Positions 37,617 to 47,077 of a stretch of DNA of 64,000 nt are shown piece by piece. A model generated the notes under the pieces. The model did not search any database. It was not told where the DNA came from and worked only from the letters and a program-made list of their open reading frames with translations. Made by a program: the position numbers and the translations under genes. Origin of the DNA: Chromatiales bacterium. Its GTDB lineage: Bacteria; Pseudomonadota; Gammaproteobacteria; JAJPIJ01. Numbering within the stretch: the first letter of the stretch is position 1; each line of letters opens with the position of its first letter. The DNA lies in contig JBQTIC010000003.1 in NCBI GenBank assembly GCA_052388435.1, positions 1,565-65,564 of the forward strand. The letters run 5' to 3'.

Positions 37617-38942
37617 TCAGATCGCGTCCTGACCGTTCGCGTCCTGACCGTGCGGTTCCGCACGCGTAACGAGCGCCTTGTCGATCTTTGCCCCGTCCAT
37701 GTCGGCCACCTCGAAGCGGAAGCCATTCCACTCGAAGTGTTCCCCCGCGGCCGGGATTCTCTCCAGCTGCGCGAGCATGAACCCGGCGAGCGTATGGTAA
37801 TCGCCGCTCGCGGCCAGCTGCGGCAGACCCAGCATGTCCCGCGCGGCATCGAGGTGCAGTTCGCCGCCCATGAGCCACGAACCATCACGGCGCTGGACTG
37901 CCTGCGGACCCGCCCCCTCTTCGGCGCCGGGGAAGCCGCCTACGATCGCCTTCAGAATGTCAAACGTCGTCAACACGCCGTCCACGGTGGCGCTCTCGTC
38001 GAGCACGACCGCCATATGTACGGGGGAGCGCTTGAACAGCTCCAATACCCGCAGGGCCGAGGTGTAATTGTCCACATAGATCGGATCACGGATCGCGGCG
38101 CGGATTTCAAACGGCTGGCCGGCGAGCATCTGCGAGAGCAGGTCTTTTGTATGCACGATGCCAAGTGGCCGATTAAGTCCGCCACGCGCCACCACCAGCC
38201 GCGAGAACACCGATGCCAGCAGCCGTCGCCGCTGCTCTGATTCGTCGGCGTCGAGATCCAGCCACTCCACATGGATCGCGGGGGTCTTGATCGCCCGAAC
38301 CTTCCAGTCCGCGAGCCGCATGACGCCGCTGATCATCTCCTTCTCCTGTGGGGCCAGCACACCCTGCCGCACCCCATCGGCAACGAGCGCCTTGACTTCC
38401 TCCTCGATGATCTGCGGCCGGCGCCGGCCACGGGCACCGAACACGGCAAGCAATGCGCGCGAGGATACCTCCAGTACGAAGACGATTGGCACCGCCAGCC
38501 TGGCCAACAGGGCTATCGCCGGGGCAACCAGCACGGCGATGCGCTCGGCGTGACGTATGGCCAGTTGCTTGGGAACGAGTTCGCCGATGACGATCGAGGC
38601 GTAGGTGATGCCGGACACCACGGCGGCGATCGCCAACCCCTCGGCGTGCGGCGCGAAGGCGGGAAAGCCCGCCAAATAACGCTCCAGAGGAGGGGCCAAC
38701 TGCTCGCCGCCAAAGACCCCGGCGAAGATGCCCACGCCAGTGATGCCGACCTGGACGGTGGACAGGAACCGCGCCGGCTCCTGGTTCATGGCGAGGGCGG
38801 CGGCCGCCCCCCGGATGCGCTTGTGCACCATCGCCCGCAGCCGTGTCCGCCGCGCCGATACCACGGCGAGTTCGGCCATGGCGAAGAAGCCGTTCAACAG
38901 TATCAGGGCCAGGATGAATAGCATATCGGGACCATAGGGCAT
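37617..38942 (-). CDS. CNNM/DUF21 - CBS pair - CorC_HlyC domain membrane protein (hemolysin/TlyC family, putative divalent-cation efflux)
   Basis: N-terminal DUF21 TM region, tandem CBS domains and a C-terminal transporter-associated domain are read from the sequence. Confidence 0.8.
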   Translation of the reverse strand: MPYGPDMLFILALILLNGFFAMAELAVVSARRTRLRAMVHKRIRGAAAALAMNQEPARFLSTVQVGITGVGIFAGVFGGEQLAPPLERYLAGFPAFAPHAEGLAIAAVVSGITYASIVIGELVPKQLAIRHAERIAVLVAPAIALLARLAVPIVFVLEVSSRALLAVFGARGRRRPQIIEEEVKALVADGVRQGVLAPQEKEMISGVMRLADWKVRAIKTPAIHVEWLDLDADESEQRRRLLASVFSRLVVARGGLNRPLGIVHTKDLLSQMLAGQPFEIRAAIRDPIYVDNYTSALRVLELFKRSPVHMAVVLDESATVDGVLTTFDILKAIVGGFPGAEEGAGPQAVQRRDGSWLMGGELHLDAARDMLGLPQLAASGDYHTLAGFMLAQLERIPAAGEHFEWNGFRFEVADMDGAKIDKALVTRAEPHGQDANGQDAI

Positions 38943-39084
38943 GGTAATTTCTCACGCGTCGGAGGACTTGACCCCTAGCATACCGGATGGGTGAGGCCGG
39001 AGCCGGGCGAGACTGTAGCGCAAGCTCTGGGGGCGGCCGCTATGGAACCCTTCGCCCGAGGAACCGCGGGCAGGCGCGAGGGCG

Positions 39085-39711
39085 CTAAGGGCGTGGCGGC
39101 ACCGACCTGTCAGAAAGCCCGAGCAGCACCCCGCGGATAAGCGGCCCGATGATCGCCGAGGGCCGCGTGCGGCGCAACCCGACGGTGAACTCGAGCTGCA
39201 CACCGCGCCCGCGACGACCGCGATTGCAGATGTTCCCGGGATCGTGGGCGGGAAAGGGATGGCCGTCGAGTCGCCCGTCCACACCGTGCGCCACCAGCGC
39301 CGAGGCGATGCGTGCTTTCAGCGCATGATCCAGCCCGCCAATGTAGACGCGCTCGTCCAGGCCCACACAGCCATGCACAGTGATGACGGTCTCGGCGCGC
39401 GCGACGAGCGCCATGCAGCGTGGCTCGTCAAATCGGCGGCTGGTGATGTGAAGGATGTCGAAGTTCTTACGGGGCTTCAACCCTTCAAACAGATAAAGAT
39501 TGAACCGCTGACCGGCGATGGCGCTGGCGATCTGCGAGGTGCCGCGCTCGATGCCGCCACCGTGCGGCGCGACAATCGCGATGGGCGAGTCGGGCACTTC
39601 CCGGATGGTCACTCGGAAATCATGGCCCTCGCGCTCGCCGCGCGACAATTCCTCGTAGTTGCGGTAGGTGTCGACCCGCGCATGGTAAAGCAGTGGAAAG
39701 GGCTGATGCAT
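39085..39711 (-). CDS. poly-gamma-glutamate hydrolase family protein (PghP-like zinc gamma-glutamyl hydrolase; DUF867)
   Basis: IAIVAPHGGGIERGTSQIA and ITVHGC motifs are typical of the YjqB/PghP family. The size (about 208 aa) fits that family. Confidence 0.55.
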   Translation of the reverse strand: MHQPFPLLYHARVDTYRNYEELSRGEREGHDFRVTIREVPDSPIAIVAPHGGGIERGTSQIASAIAGQRFNLYLFEGLKPRKNFDILHITSRRFDEPRCMALVARAETVITVHGCVGLDERVYIGGLDHALKARIASALVAHGVDGRLDGHPFPAHDPGNICNRGRRGRGVQLEFTVGLRRTRPSAIIGPLIRGVLLGLSDRSVPPRP

Positions 39712-39903
39712 CAGGCAGGCGTCCTGGGATAAGCCACGGCCCATCCGCCATCGGAGGACTCATCACCCGACGTTCCCCGGTGGCGCCCTGCGATGGAGTT
39801 CGATAGGGCGGAACCGCCAGCGCAGCGCCGGGTCAGAACGGCACGTTTCAGGTTGCCGCTGGCGGCCGCTTGCCTGTGCTCTTGCCGCGCGCTCCGTGGC
39901 ACG

Positions 39904-40470
39904 TCACCCGCCCATAATGGTGTAACGATTCGCGCGCAGCCACGCAATCACGTCATCAACGTTCCTGTCCGGTGGGTATACCGGATAGAACACCTTCTCA
40001 ATGACGCTATCCCTGGCGATGAGCGTCAGCCGCTTGATGAGCGTCCTACCATCAGCCTCGAAGGTCGGCAGGCGCAGGCTCTGCGCAAAGCGCAATTCCG
40101 TGTCGCTCAGCAGCTCGAACGCCAGGCGCAGCCGCTCGACGGTTTCATGCTGCTCGCCGGTGTCCTGCGTGCTCACCCCGAATACCTCCGCGCCCAGGTG
40201 CTGCAAATCGTCGTAGCGGTCACGGAAGGAGCAGGCTTGGGGCGTACATCCTCTGGCGCCCGGGATCTTATCCCAACCGGCTGGAAGCGGGCGATCCGGC
40301 CCCGCCGTCATCGGATAGCAATACACCACGACGATGCCGGGGCGATGACTCAGATCGACTTCTGTGCCAGCGGTTGACGGCAGAGAAAGCGCCGGCAGCC
40401 GCTGGCCGGGCAAATGCTTGCAGGCGCCGTCGTCTTCAGGGACGGGCAAGTCCGGAGGCAGCGCGCTCAC
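39904..40470 (-). CDS. peroxiredoxin, Bcp/PrxQ-like (AhpC/TSA family)
   Basis: Peroxidatic Cys motif GCTPQACSF, analogous to Bcp PGCTxQAC, in a thioredoxin fold. Confidence 0.7.
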   Translation of the reverse strand: MSALPPDLPVPEDDGACKHLPGQRLPALSLPSTAGTEVDLSHRPGIVVVYCYPMTAGPDRPLPAGWDKIPGARGCTPQACSFRDRYDDLQHLGAEVFGVSTQDTGEQHETVERLRLAFELLSDTELRFAQSLRLPTFEADGRTLIKRLTLIARDSVIEKVFYPVYPPDRNVDDVIAWLRANRYTIMGG

Positions 40471-40488
40471 GTCCGCAGATCAGGATCG

Positions 40489-40986
40489 CTACTGCGCAAG
40501 GCCGAGCTGTTTGTAGAAGCCGTACGCATCGTAGTAGTCGCCCTGCCAGACGATCCGGCCGTTGTGGAACCGCATCAATGTCGCGCCGGAGAATTTGAAC
40601 GGCTTGCCGGTCGCGGCGGTGCCGTCGCTGCAGGCGCCGGTATTGGTCCCGCTGAACGTCCACTGGAACGCGACCGCGTCGTGACCGACTATCGGCTCGC
40701 CCTCACGCGTCCACACGCAATCAGGCGCGGCGGTCATGAACGCCTGAATCACCTTTTCCTGCGCATTGGCACGGCCCTTCTGCGGTTCGCCCACGCTGGC
40801 GTCGTAATACTCGCCGTCCTCGGCGAAGAACGCCGCCGCCTTCGCCGCATCGTGTTCGTTCCAGGCTGCCATATAGGCATCGACGACTGTCACCGGATCG
40901 GCAGCCAGCGCCCAAGCAGACATTGACAGCGAGACGGCACAGAAAGAGCGCATCAACCAGGACCGCAAATTCAGTAGTATTTTCAT
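40489..40986 (-). CDS. secreted SnoaL-like / NTF2-fold protein (ester cyclase-like)
   Basis: Signal peptide followed by a SnoaL-like polyketide-cyclase fold signature (AYMAAWNEHDAAKAAAFFAEDGEYYD). Confidence 0.55.
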   Translation of the reverse strand: MKILLNLRSWLMRSFCAVSLSMSAWALAADPVTVVDAYMAAWNEHDAAKAAAFFAEDGEYYDASVGEPQKGRANAQEKVIQAFMTAAPDCVWTREGEPIVGHDAVAFQWTFSGTNTGACSDGTAATGKPFKFSGATLMRFHNGRIVWQGDYYDAYGFYKQLGLAQ

Positions 40987-41038
40987 GTTGACCTCCGCGA
41001 TCAAATGGGCCGACCGCGTCGCCAGACGCAGCGCCCGC

Positions 41039-42463
41039 TTACAGCCTGACCATCACATGCCGCACTGTGGTGTAGTCCTCCAGCGCATACATCGACAGAT
41101 CCTTGCCGTAACCGGATTGCTTGTAGCCGCCATGCGGCATCTCCGCGCACAGCATGAAGTGGGTATTGATCCACGTGCAGCCGTACTGGAGATGCGCGGC
41201 AACCTGCATCGCCTTGCCGATGTCCTTGCTCCAGACTGACGAGGCAAGCCCGTAGTCGGAATCGTTGGCCCAGGCAACGGCCTGCCCCGCGTCATCGAAG
41301 CGCGTGACGGATACCACCGGGCCGAAGACCTCCTTGCGCACGATCTCGTCCTCCTGCCGCGCACCGGCAATGACTGTGGGCTCGTAGAAGAACCCGCCGC
41401 CCGCAACCACCTTGCCGCCAGTGACGACCTCTACGTGCTTCATCGCCGCCGCGCGCTCGACGAAACCCGCGACCCTTTCGCGCTGCCTGCTACTTATGAG
41501 TGGACCGATATCCACGTCCTCCTCCTCCGGCTGCCCGAATCTAATTCCCTTGGCTGCTGCGCCCAGATCGGCCACCAGCTTCTCGTAGATCCTGTTGCCG
41601 GCATAGATGCGGCAGGCCGCGGTACAGTCCTGGCCAGCATTGTAGTAGCCGAAAACGCGAACGCCCTGGACGACCTCCTGCAGGTCCGCGTCGTCGAAGA
41701 CAATGACCGGCGCCTTACCACCCAACTCAAGATGCGTGCGCTTGATGCTCTTCGAGGCTGCCTCCAGGACCTTCTGGCCGGTCGCGATGCTGCCGGTGAG
41801 CGAGATCATTTTCACGCCCGGATGGTTGATGAGGGTGGTGCCGACAGAATCGCCGATGCCCGTGACCACATTCAGCACGCCTGGCGGCAGGATGTCGCTG
41901 GCCAGCTCGGCGAGCTTCAGCGTCGTGAGGGGCGTCTGCTCCGAGGGTTTAAGCACGATCGTGTTGCCGGCGCCGATGGCGGGCGCCATTTTCCACGCCG
42001 CCATCATGAGCGGGTAGTTCCACGGCGCTATGGAACCCACGACCCCGATGGGGTCGCGGCGGATCATGCTGGTGAGCCCCGGCAGGTACTCGTCGGCGGC
42101 GCTGCCGGTCATGCAGCGCACTGCGCCGGCGAAGTAGCGGAATACATCGACGATGGCCGGTATCTCGTCGCCCAGTGCTTTGGCATAGGGCTTGCCGCAG
42201 TTCTGCGACTCCAGGCGCGCGAAGGCCTCGCCCTGCGCCTCAATGGCATCCGCAAGCTTGAGCAGCATGAGCGAGCGCTCCTGCGGCGTTGTGCGCGACC
42301 AAGTCAGGAACGCTCGTGCCGCGGCCGCAACTGCCTGATCGATCTGCGCGCCGCTTGCCTGCGGCACCTTCACGAGCACATCCCCGCGTGCAGGATTGAG
42401 CACCTCGTAGTCCGCGCCCGCCCCTTTCACCATCTTGCCGTCAACCAGCATTTGCGTGTTCAT
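41039..42463 (-). CDS. patD: gamma-aminobutyraldehyde dehydrogenase
   Basis: Near full-length alignment to E. coli PatD/YdcW (ESRNCGKP...[63 protein letters not shown]). The start is taken at MNTQMLVDG. Confidence 0.85.
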   Translation of the reverse strand: MNTQMLVDGKMVKGAGADYEVLNPARGDVLVKVPQASGAQIDQAVAAAARAFLTWSRTTPQERSLMLLKLADAIEAQGEAFARLESQNCGKPYAKALGDEIPAIVDVFRYFAGAVRCMTGSAADEYLPGLTSMIRRDPIGVVGSIAPWNYPLMMAAWKMAPAIGAGNTIVLKPSEQTPLTTLKLAELASDILPPGVLNVVTGIGDSVGTTLINHPGVKMISLTGSIATGQKVLEAASKSIKRTHLELGGKAPVIVFDDADLQEVVQGVRVFGYYNAGQDCTAACRIYAGNRIYEKLVADLGAAAKGIRFGQPEEEDVDIGPLISSRQRERVAGFVERAAAMKHVEVVTGGKVVAGGGFFYEPTVIAGARQEDEIVRKEVFGPVVSVTRFDDAGQAVAWANDSDYGLASSVWSKDIGKAMQVAAHLQYGCTWINTHFMLCAEMPHGGYKQSGYGKDLSMYALEDYTTVRHVMVRL

Positions 42464-42501
42464 CGCGTCTCTCTCCTGGGTTTCAATGTCAAGTCGCTCG
42501 A

Positions 42502-43317
42502 TCATTTGCCGGCGCCCGCGACCGATTCGGTTCCGCGGGTCAGGTAGAAGGCGAGCAGGATGGGCACGAACGTCACCGCGATCACGAACACCGCGACGAC
42601 GTTGGTGACCGGCCGCTGCCGCGGCCGCACCAGTTCCTCGAGCATCCAGATCGGCAGTGTCGCGTTCTGCCCCGCCGTGAACGTCGTGACGATCACCTCA
42701 TCAAAGGATAGCGCGAAGGCGAGCATTCCGCCTGCGAGCAGGGCGGTAGCGATGTTGGGTAGCACGACGTAGCGGAAGGTCTGGAACCCGTCGGCACCGA
42801 GGTCCATCGATGCCTCTACGAGCGACGCCGAGGTGCGGCGGAAGCGGGCGATGACATTGTTGTACACCACCACGACACAGAAAGTGGCATGGCCAAGGAT
42901 GATGGTCCAGATGCTGAAGGGGACTCCCAAGAGATTGAACGCCGAGCGCAGCGAGATGCCGGTGACAATGCCGGGCAGCGCGATGGGCAGGATGAGCAGC
43001 AGGGAGATAGTTTCGCGGCCGAAGAATCGGCCGCGATACACTGCGGCCGCCGCCAGCGTCCCCAGCACCAGCGCGACGCCGGTTGCCACAGCGGCAACCC
43101 GCAGCGACAGCGTGAGCGCCTGCCAGACATCCGCGCGCTGCCAGGTGACGGCAAACCAACTAAGCGTTAACCCTGGCGGTGGGAAGACGTAGGACTTGTC
43201 TTCGGTGGTAAAGGCATATAGCAGTATGAGCATGAGCGGCAGGTGCAGAAACAACAGGCCGGCAACGGCGGTGAGCTTCAGTCCATAGGTGGCGCCGGCC
43301 GCAGCCTTAGAGCGCAC
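42502..43317 (-). CDS. polyamine-type ABC transporter permease (PotC-like)
   Basis: Six-TM ABC permease of the PotC family. It overlaps patD and the potB-like gene. Confidence 0.85.
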   Translation of the reverse strand: MRSKAAAGATYGLKLTAVAGLLFLHLPLMLILLYAFTTEDKSYVFPPPGLTLSWFAVTWQRADVWQALTLSLRVAAVATGVALVLGTLAAAAVYRGRFFGRETISLLLILPIALPGIVTGISLRSAFNLLGVPFSIWTIILGHATFCVVVVYNNVIARFRRTSASLVEASMDLGADGFQTFRYVVLPNIATALLAGGMLAFALSFDEVIVTTFTAGQNATLPIWMLEELVRPRQRPVTNVVAVFVIAVTFVPILLAFYLTRGTESVAGAGK

Positions 43318-44242
43318 TGAAGGCCCCCAGCCGCCTGGCGACGGTGAGATAAATCCCCATGATCACTATCGGCACGACGGAGAACGCCGCCGCCAGCGGG
43401 ATATTGCCGGCGGTGCCTTGGTGCAAATAAACCGCCTGACCGATGTAGAAGCGCGAGGAACCGACGATCTGCGGAATGATGTAGTCGCCCAGCGTCAGCG
43501 AGAATGTGAAGATTGATCCCGCGACGACGCCGGGAAACGCCAACGGCAGGATCACATGCCGAAATGTCTGCCGCGGTCGTGCCCCGAGGTCGCCCGAGGC
43601 TTCGAGCAGAGAAGGGGGCACCCGCTCCAGCGCCGCCTGGACAGGCAAAATCATGAACGGCAACCAGACATAGCAAAAGACGACATAGGTGCCGAGATAC
43701 GAGGTCGACAACGAATTGCCGCCGATGACCGGCATGCCCAGCAGCGCGTCGAGCAGCCAGGTGAGATGGCCCTGCGCAAGCAGCCAGCTGATGATCCCTT
43801 CTTTCGCCAGGATGAGCTTCCAGGCGTACACCTTGACCAGATAGCTGGACCAGAGCGGCAGCATCACTCCCAGGTAGAATAGCGCGCGCACTCGCCCCGT
43901 GGCGTAGCGGGCGACGTAATAGGCGATCGGGAAGGCGATGAGCGCGTCGGTCAGCGTGACGGCGACAGCCATCAGCGAGGTGCGCAGGATGATGTCGACG
44001 TTCGCCTTGCTCAACAGCTGCGTGTAGGTGCGCAGCGTGAACTCGCGCACCACACGGCCGGAGAAATCATCGATGTAGAAAAAGCTCTGCGCGAGGAGGG
44101 CCAGTAACGACCCAAGGTAAACGACGCCGAGCCACAACAGAGGCGGCGCCAGCAACAGGATCAGGAGCAGCCGCGGCCGCTGGTGGAGCGTGATCGAGGC
44201 GGCCCGAAGCCACCCGGGTTCACCCGTTGCCGTCGCTGCCAT
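43307..44242 (-). CDS. polyamine-type ABC transporter permease (PotB-like)
   Basis: PotB-family permease. Confidence 0.85.
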   Translation of the reverse strand: MAATATGEPGWLRAASITLHQRPRLLLILLLAPPLLWLGVVYLGSLLALLAQSFFYIDDFSGRVVREFTLRTYTQLLSKANVDIILRTSLMAVAVTLTDALIAFPIAYYVARYATGRVRALFYLGVMLPLWSSYLVKVYAWKLILAKEGIISWLLAQGHLTWLLDALLGMPVIGGNSLSTSYLGTYVVFCYVWLPFMILPVQAALERVPPSLLEASGDLGARPRQTFRHVILPLAFPGVVAGSIFTFSLTLGDYIIPQIVGSSRFYIGQAVYLHQGTAGNIPLAAAFSVVPIVIMGIYLTVARRLGAFSAL

Positions 44243-44276
44243 ATAATTTTGCCCCTACTTCTTGCAGGCCATACCC

Positions 44277-44657
44277 ATGGACCGACTCATGCTGCATTCC
44301 AAGCTGCACCGCGTATCGGTCACGCATTGCGAACTGCATTACGAGGGCTCCTGCGCGATCGATGAGGACCTGCTCGACGCCGCCGACATCCGTGAATTCC
44401 AGCAACTGGACATCTACAACATCAACAACGGCGCGCGGTTCACCACCTATGCCATGCGCGCTCGGCGCGGTTCGGGGGTCATCTCACTCAACGGCGCCGC
44501 CGCGCGCAAGGCTGCCGTGGGCGATCGGCTCATCATCGCCACCTACGGGCTCTGCCGTGAGGCCGAACTTGCCCGCCATCGTCCCATCATCGTTCACCTC
44601 GACGGCGCTAACCGCGTGGTCGGCCAGACCCATTCCATCCCCGCGCAGACAACCTGA
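44277..44657 (+). CDS. panD: aspartate 1-decarboxylase (pyruvoyl-dependent zymogen)
   Basis: Aligns to E. coli PanD ([27 protein letters not shown]...) and includes the Gly-Ser self-cleavage site. It is antisense to, and wedged between, the ABC transporter genes. Confidence 0.85.
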   Translation: MDRLMLHSKLHRVSVTHCELHYEGSCAIDEDLLDAADIREFQQLDIYNINNGARFTTYAMRARRGSGVISLNGAAARKAAVGDRLIIATYGLCREAELARHRPIIVHLDGANRVVGQTHSIPAQTT

Positions 44658-44689
44658 TCCGCCTTGACAGCGTTGCGGGGCGGGCGGGC

Positions 44690-45724
44690 TCATGAGTTGG
44701 CCGTGTGCCCCAGCACCTGCATGTCGGCACGCCGCCACACGAGCCGGGCCGAGTCACCAATCCGGATCGGGGCGCGCACGCCGCGGCTCGGGTTGTGGCT
44801 GGCGACGGTCAGTTCGCCGCCGCCTTCCAGGGCCACGCCGTAGCGCGTACTGGCGCCGAGGTATTCGATGTTCAGCACGGTGCCCTTCGCCGTGCACTCC
44901 GCGTCACATACATCTTCGCTGCCGGCGACGATGACGATCCTCTCGGGGCGGATGGAAACAACGTCATTGACGCCGGTCAGGTGCACGGCAAGCTCCGAAG
45001 GCAGGATATTCGATACACCCACAAAGCCGGCGACGAATTCCGTCATCGGTCGATCATAGACCTCGTCGGGAACGCCGAGTTGCTCAATACGGCCGTTGTT
45101 GAACACCGCCAGCCGATCGCTCATGCTGAGCGCCTCCTCCTGATCGTGCGTCACGTAAACGAAAGTGATGCCGATGCGCCGCTGTAGCGCCTTCAGTTCC
45201 ATGCGCATCTGTTCGCGCAGTTTGAGATCCAGGGCCCCAAGCGGCTCGTCGAGGAGCAGCACGCGAGGATGATTAATGAGAGCGCGCGCCAGCGCCACCC
45301 GCTGGCGCTGGCCACCTGAAAGTTGCGTCGGTCTGCGTCCACCCATCCCGCCCAGGCGCACCAGTTCCAGCGCCTCCTCGGCCCGGCGACCGCGCTCACG
45401 CTTATCCACCTGGCGCACCATCAATCCGTAGGCGACGTTCTCGATGACGTTCAAGTTAGGAAAGAGCGCATAGTCCTGGAAGACGGTGTTCACGTCGCGC
45501 TCGTACGGCGGCACGCCGGCCATGTCCAGACCGTGGATGCAGAGGCGGCCGCGGTCAGGCTGCTCGAAGCCGGCAACGAGACGCAGACAAGTGGTCTTGC
45601 CCGACCCGGACGGGCCGAGGATGGAGAAGAACTCGCCGTCGCGGATCTCCAGGTTGACCTGATCGACGGCGCGCACCTCTCCGAAGTGACGGGACACTCC
45701 TTCGAACGCGACCGCTGCGGTCAT
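44690..45724 (-). CDS. polyamine-type ABC transporter ATP-binding protein (PotA-like)
   Basis: Walker A GPSGSGKTT, LSGGQRQRVALARAL, Walker B LLLDEPLGALD and a TOBE C-terminus. Confidence 0.9.
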   Translation of the reverse strand: MTAAVAFEGVSRHFGEVRAVDQVNLEIRDGEFFSILGPSGSGKTTCLRLVAGFEQPDRGRLCIHGLDMAGVPPYERDVNTVFQDYALFPNLNVIENVAYGLMVRQVDKRERGRRAEEALELVRLGGMGGRRPTQLSGGQRQRVALARALINHPRVLLLDEPLGALDLKLREQMRMELKALQRRIGITFVYVTHDQEEALSMSDRLAVFNNGRIEQLGVPDEVYDRPMTEFVAGFVGVSNILPSELAVHLTGVNDVVSIRPERIVIVAGSEDVCDAECTAKGTVLNIEYLGASTRYGVALEGGGELTVASHNPSRGVRAPIRIGDSARLVWRRADMQVLGHTANS

Positions 45725-45795
45725 GTTTAGTGGTTCGTTGAGACCGATGCGGACGGCGGACCGTTCGCACCGGTCTTTCGCGCTGTGTCAATCCT

Positions 45796-46959
45796 CTAGC
45801 GGCCGCCGATGACGGCGATGTAGTCTGTCACCCAGCGATAATACGGCACACACTCACCCTGCGAGCACTTGGCGGTGGGTGTACGCCAGAAGTGAATCTT
45901 GTCGAAGTTCTCCATGCCGTTGACCTTGCAGCCCTCCTCGCCAAGCAACTCGTTACCTTTGCACGCCTCGGGCACCACCGGCACTGAGCCAAACCAGGCG
46001 GCGAGATTGCCCTGCAGCTTCTTGTTGAGCGAGTGCTCGAGCCACAGATAGGCGCAGGTCGGATGCGCGGCGTTGGCGTGCATCATCGTCGTGTCCGCCC
46101 AGCCCGTCGCCCCTTCCGCGGGGATCGTGCTGCCCACCGGCTGGTCCTTGGACTTGAGCAGATTGACCTGGAACGGCCAGCTTGAGGAGGCGACCACGCC
46201 CTCGTTGGTGAAGTCGTCGATCTGGATGAAGGCATCATGCCAGTAGCGGGAGACAAGTTTGCGTTGACCGCGGAGCAGATCCAGCGCCGCCTTGTACTGG
46301 TCCTCGTTCAGCTCGTACGGATCCTTGATCCCCAGTTCCGGCTTGTGGTGCATGAGATACATCGCCGCATCGGCGATGTAGATGGCGCCGTCGTAGGCTT
46401 GCACGCGACCCTTGTTCGGTTTGCCATCCGGCAGCGGCGTCTCTTCGAACACCACCTTCCAGCTCGTCGGCGCCTCGGGGAACACCTTGTTGTTGTACAT
46501 GAGGACATTCGGACCCCACTGGTACGGAACGCCGTAGTGCTTCCCATCGACCGTATGCCACGGCGCGTTCTGCAGCCGCGAATCGACGCTGCTCCACCTT
46601 GGTATTTTGGTGACATCCACTTCCTGTACCCGGCCGCCGGCGATGAGACGCAGACTCGCGTCGCCCGACGCGGTAACCAGGTCAAAGCCACCCTCGTTCA
46701 TGAGCGCCACCATCTCATCGGAGGTGTTGGCCGTCTTCACGCGCACCTGGCAGCCCGTCTCCTTCTCGAAGTCGGTGACCCAGTCGTAGGCCTTGTCGGT
46801 CTCGCCGCGCTCGATGTAGCCCGGCCAGGCGACGATGTCCACGAATCCCTCGCCCTTGCCCCCGGCCAACGCGCCGGGCGCTCCGATCGCCAAAACGACT
46901 GCCGCGGCAGCGGTCACTAACCGGAACCTGTCTGTACTCAGCTTAACAAAGCCGCTCAT
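45796..46959 (-). CDS. ABC transporter periplasmic substrate-binding protein (spermidine/putrescine-binding family) with a Cys-rich C-terminus
   Basis: Signal peptide and PotD/PotF-type fold. The start is taken at MSGFVKL, preceded by GAGGAGG. Confidence 0.75.
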   Translation of the reverse strand: MSGFVKLSTDRFRLVTAAAAVVLAIGAPGALAGGKGEGFVDIVAWPGYIERGETDKAYDWVTDFEKETGCQVRVKTANTSDEMVALMNEGGFDLVTASGDASLRLIAGGRVQEVDVTKIPRWSSVDSRLQNAPWHTVDGKHYGVPYQWGPNVLMYNNKVFPEAPTSWKVVFEETPLPDGKPNKGRVQAYDGAIYIADAAMYLMHHKPELGIKDPYELNEDQYKAALDLLRGQRKLVSRYWHDAFIQIDDFTNEGVVASSSWPFQVNLLKSKDQPVGSTIPAEGATGWADTTMMHANAAHPTCAYLWLEHSLNKKLQGNLAAWFGSVPVVPEACKGNELLGEEGCKVNGMENFDKIHFWRTPTAKCSQGECVPYYRWVTDYIAVIGGR

Positions 46960-47077
46960 GTACCCTCCTCGTGATCGCGACTCGCCGGTAACCCGGTAAC
47001 GGAGGAGTCGCTCGCCGCTACAGCTTGTCATGGGGAAGTTCAGCCGACGGCGTGACTTAGCCCCCTCTCCCCTGCCC

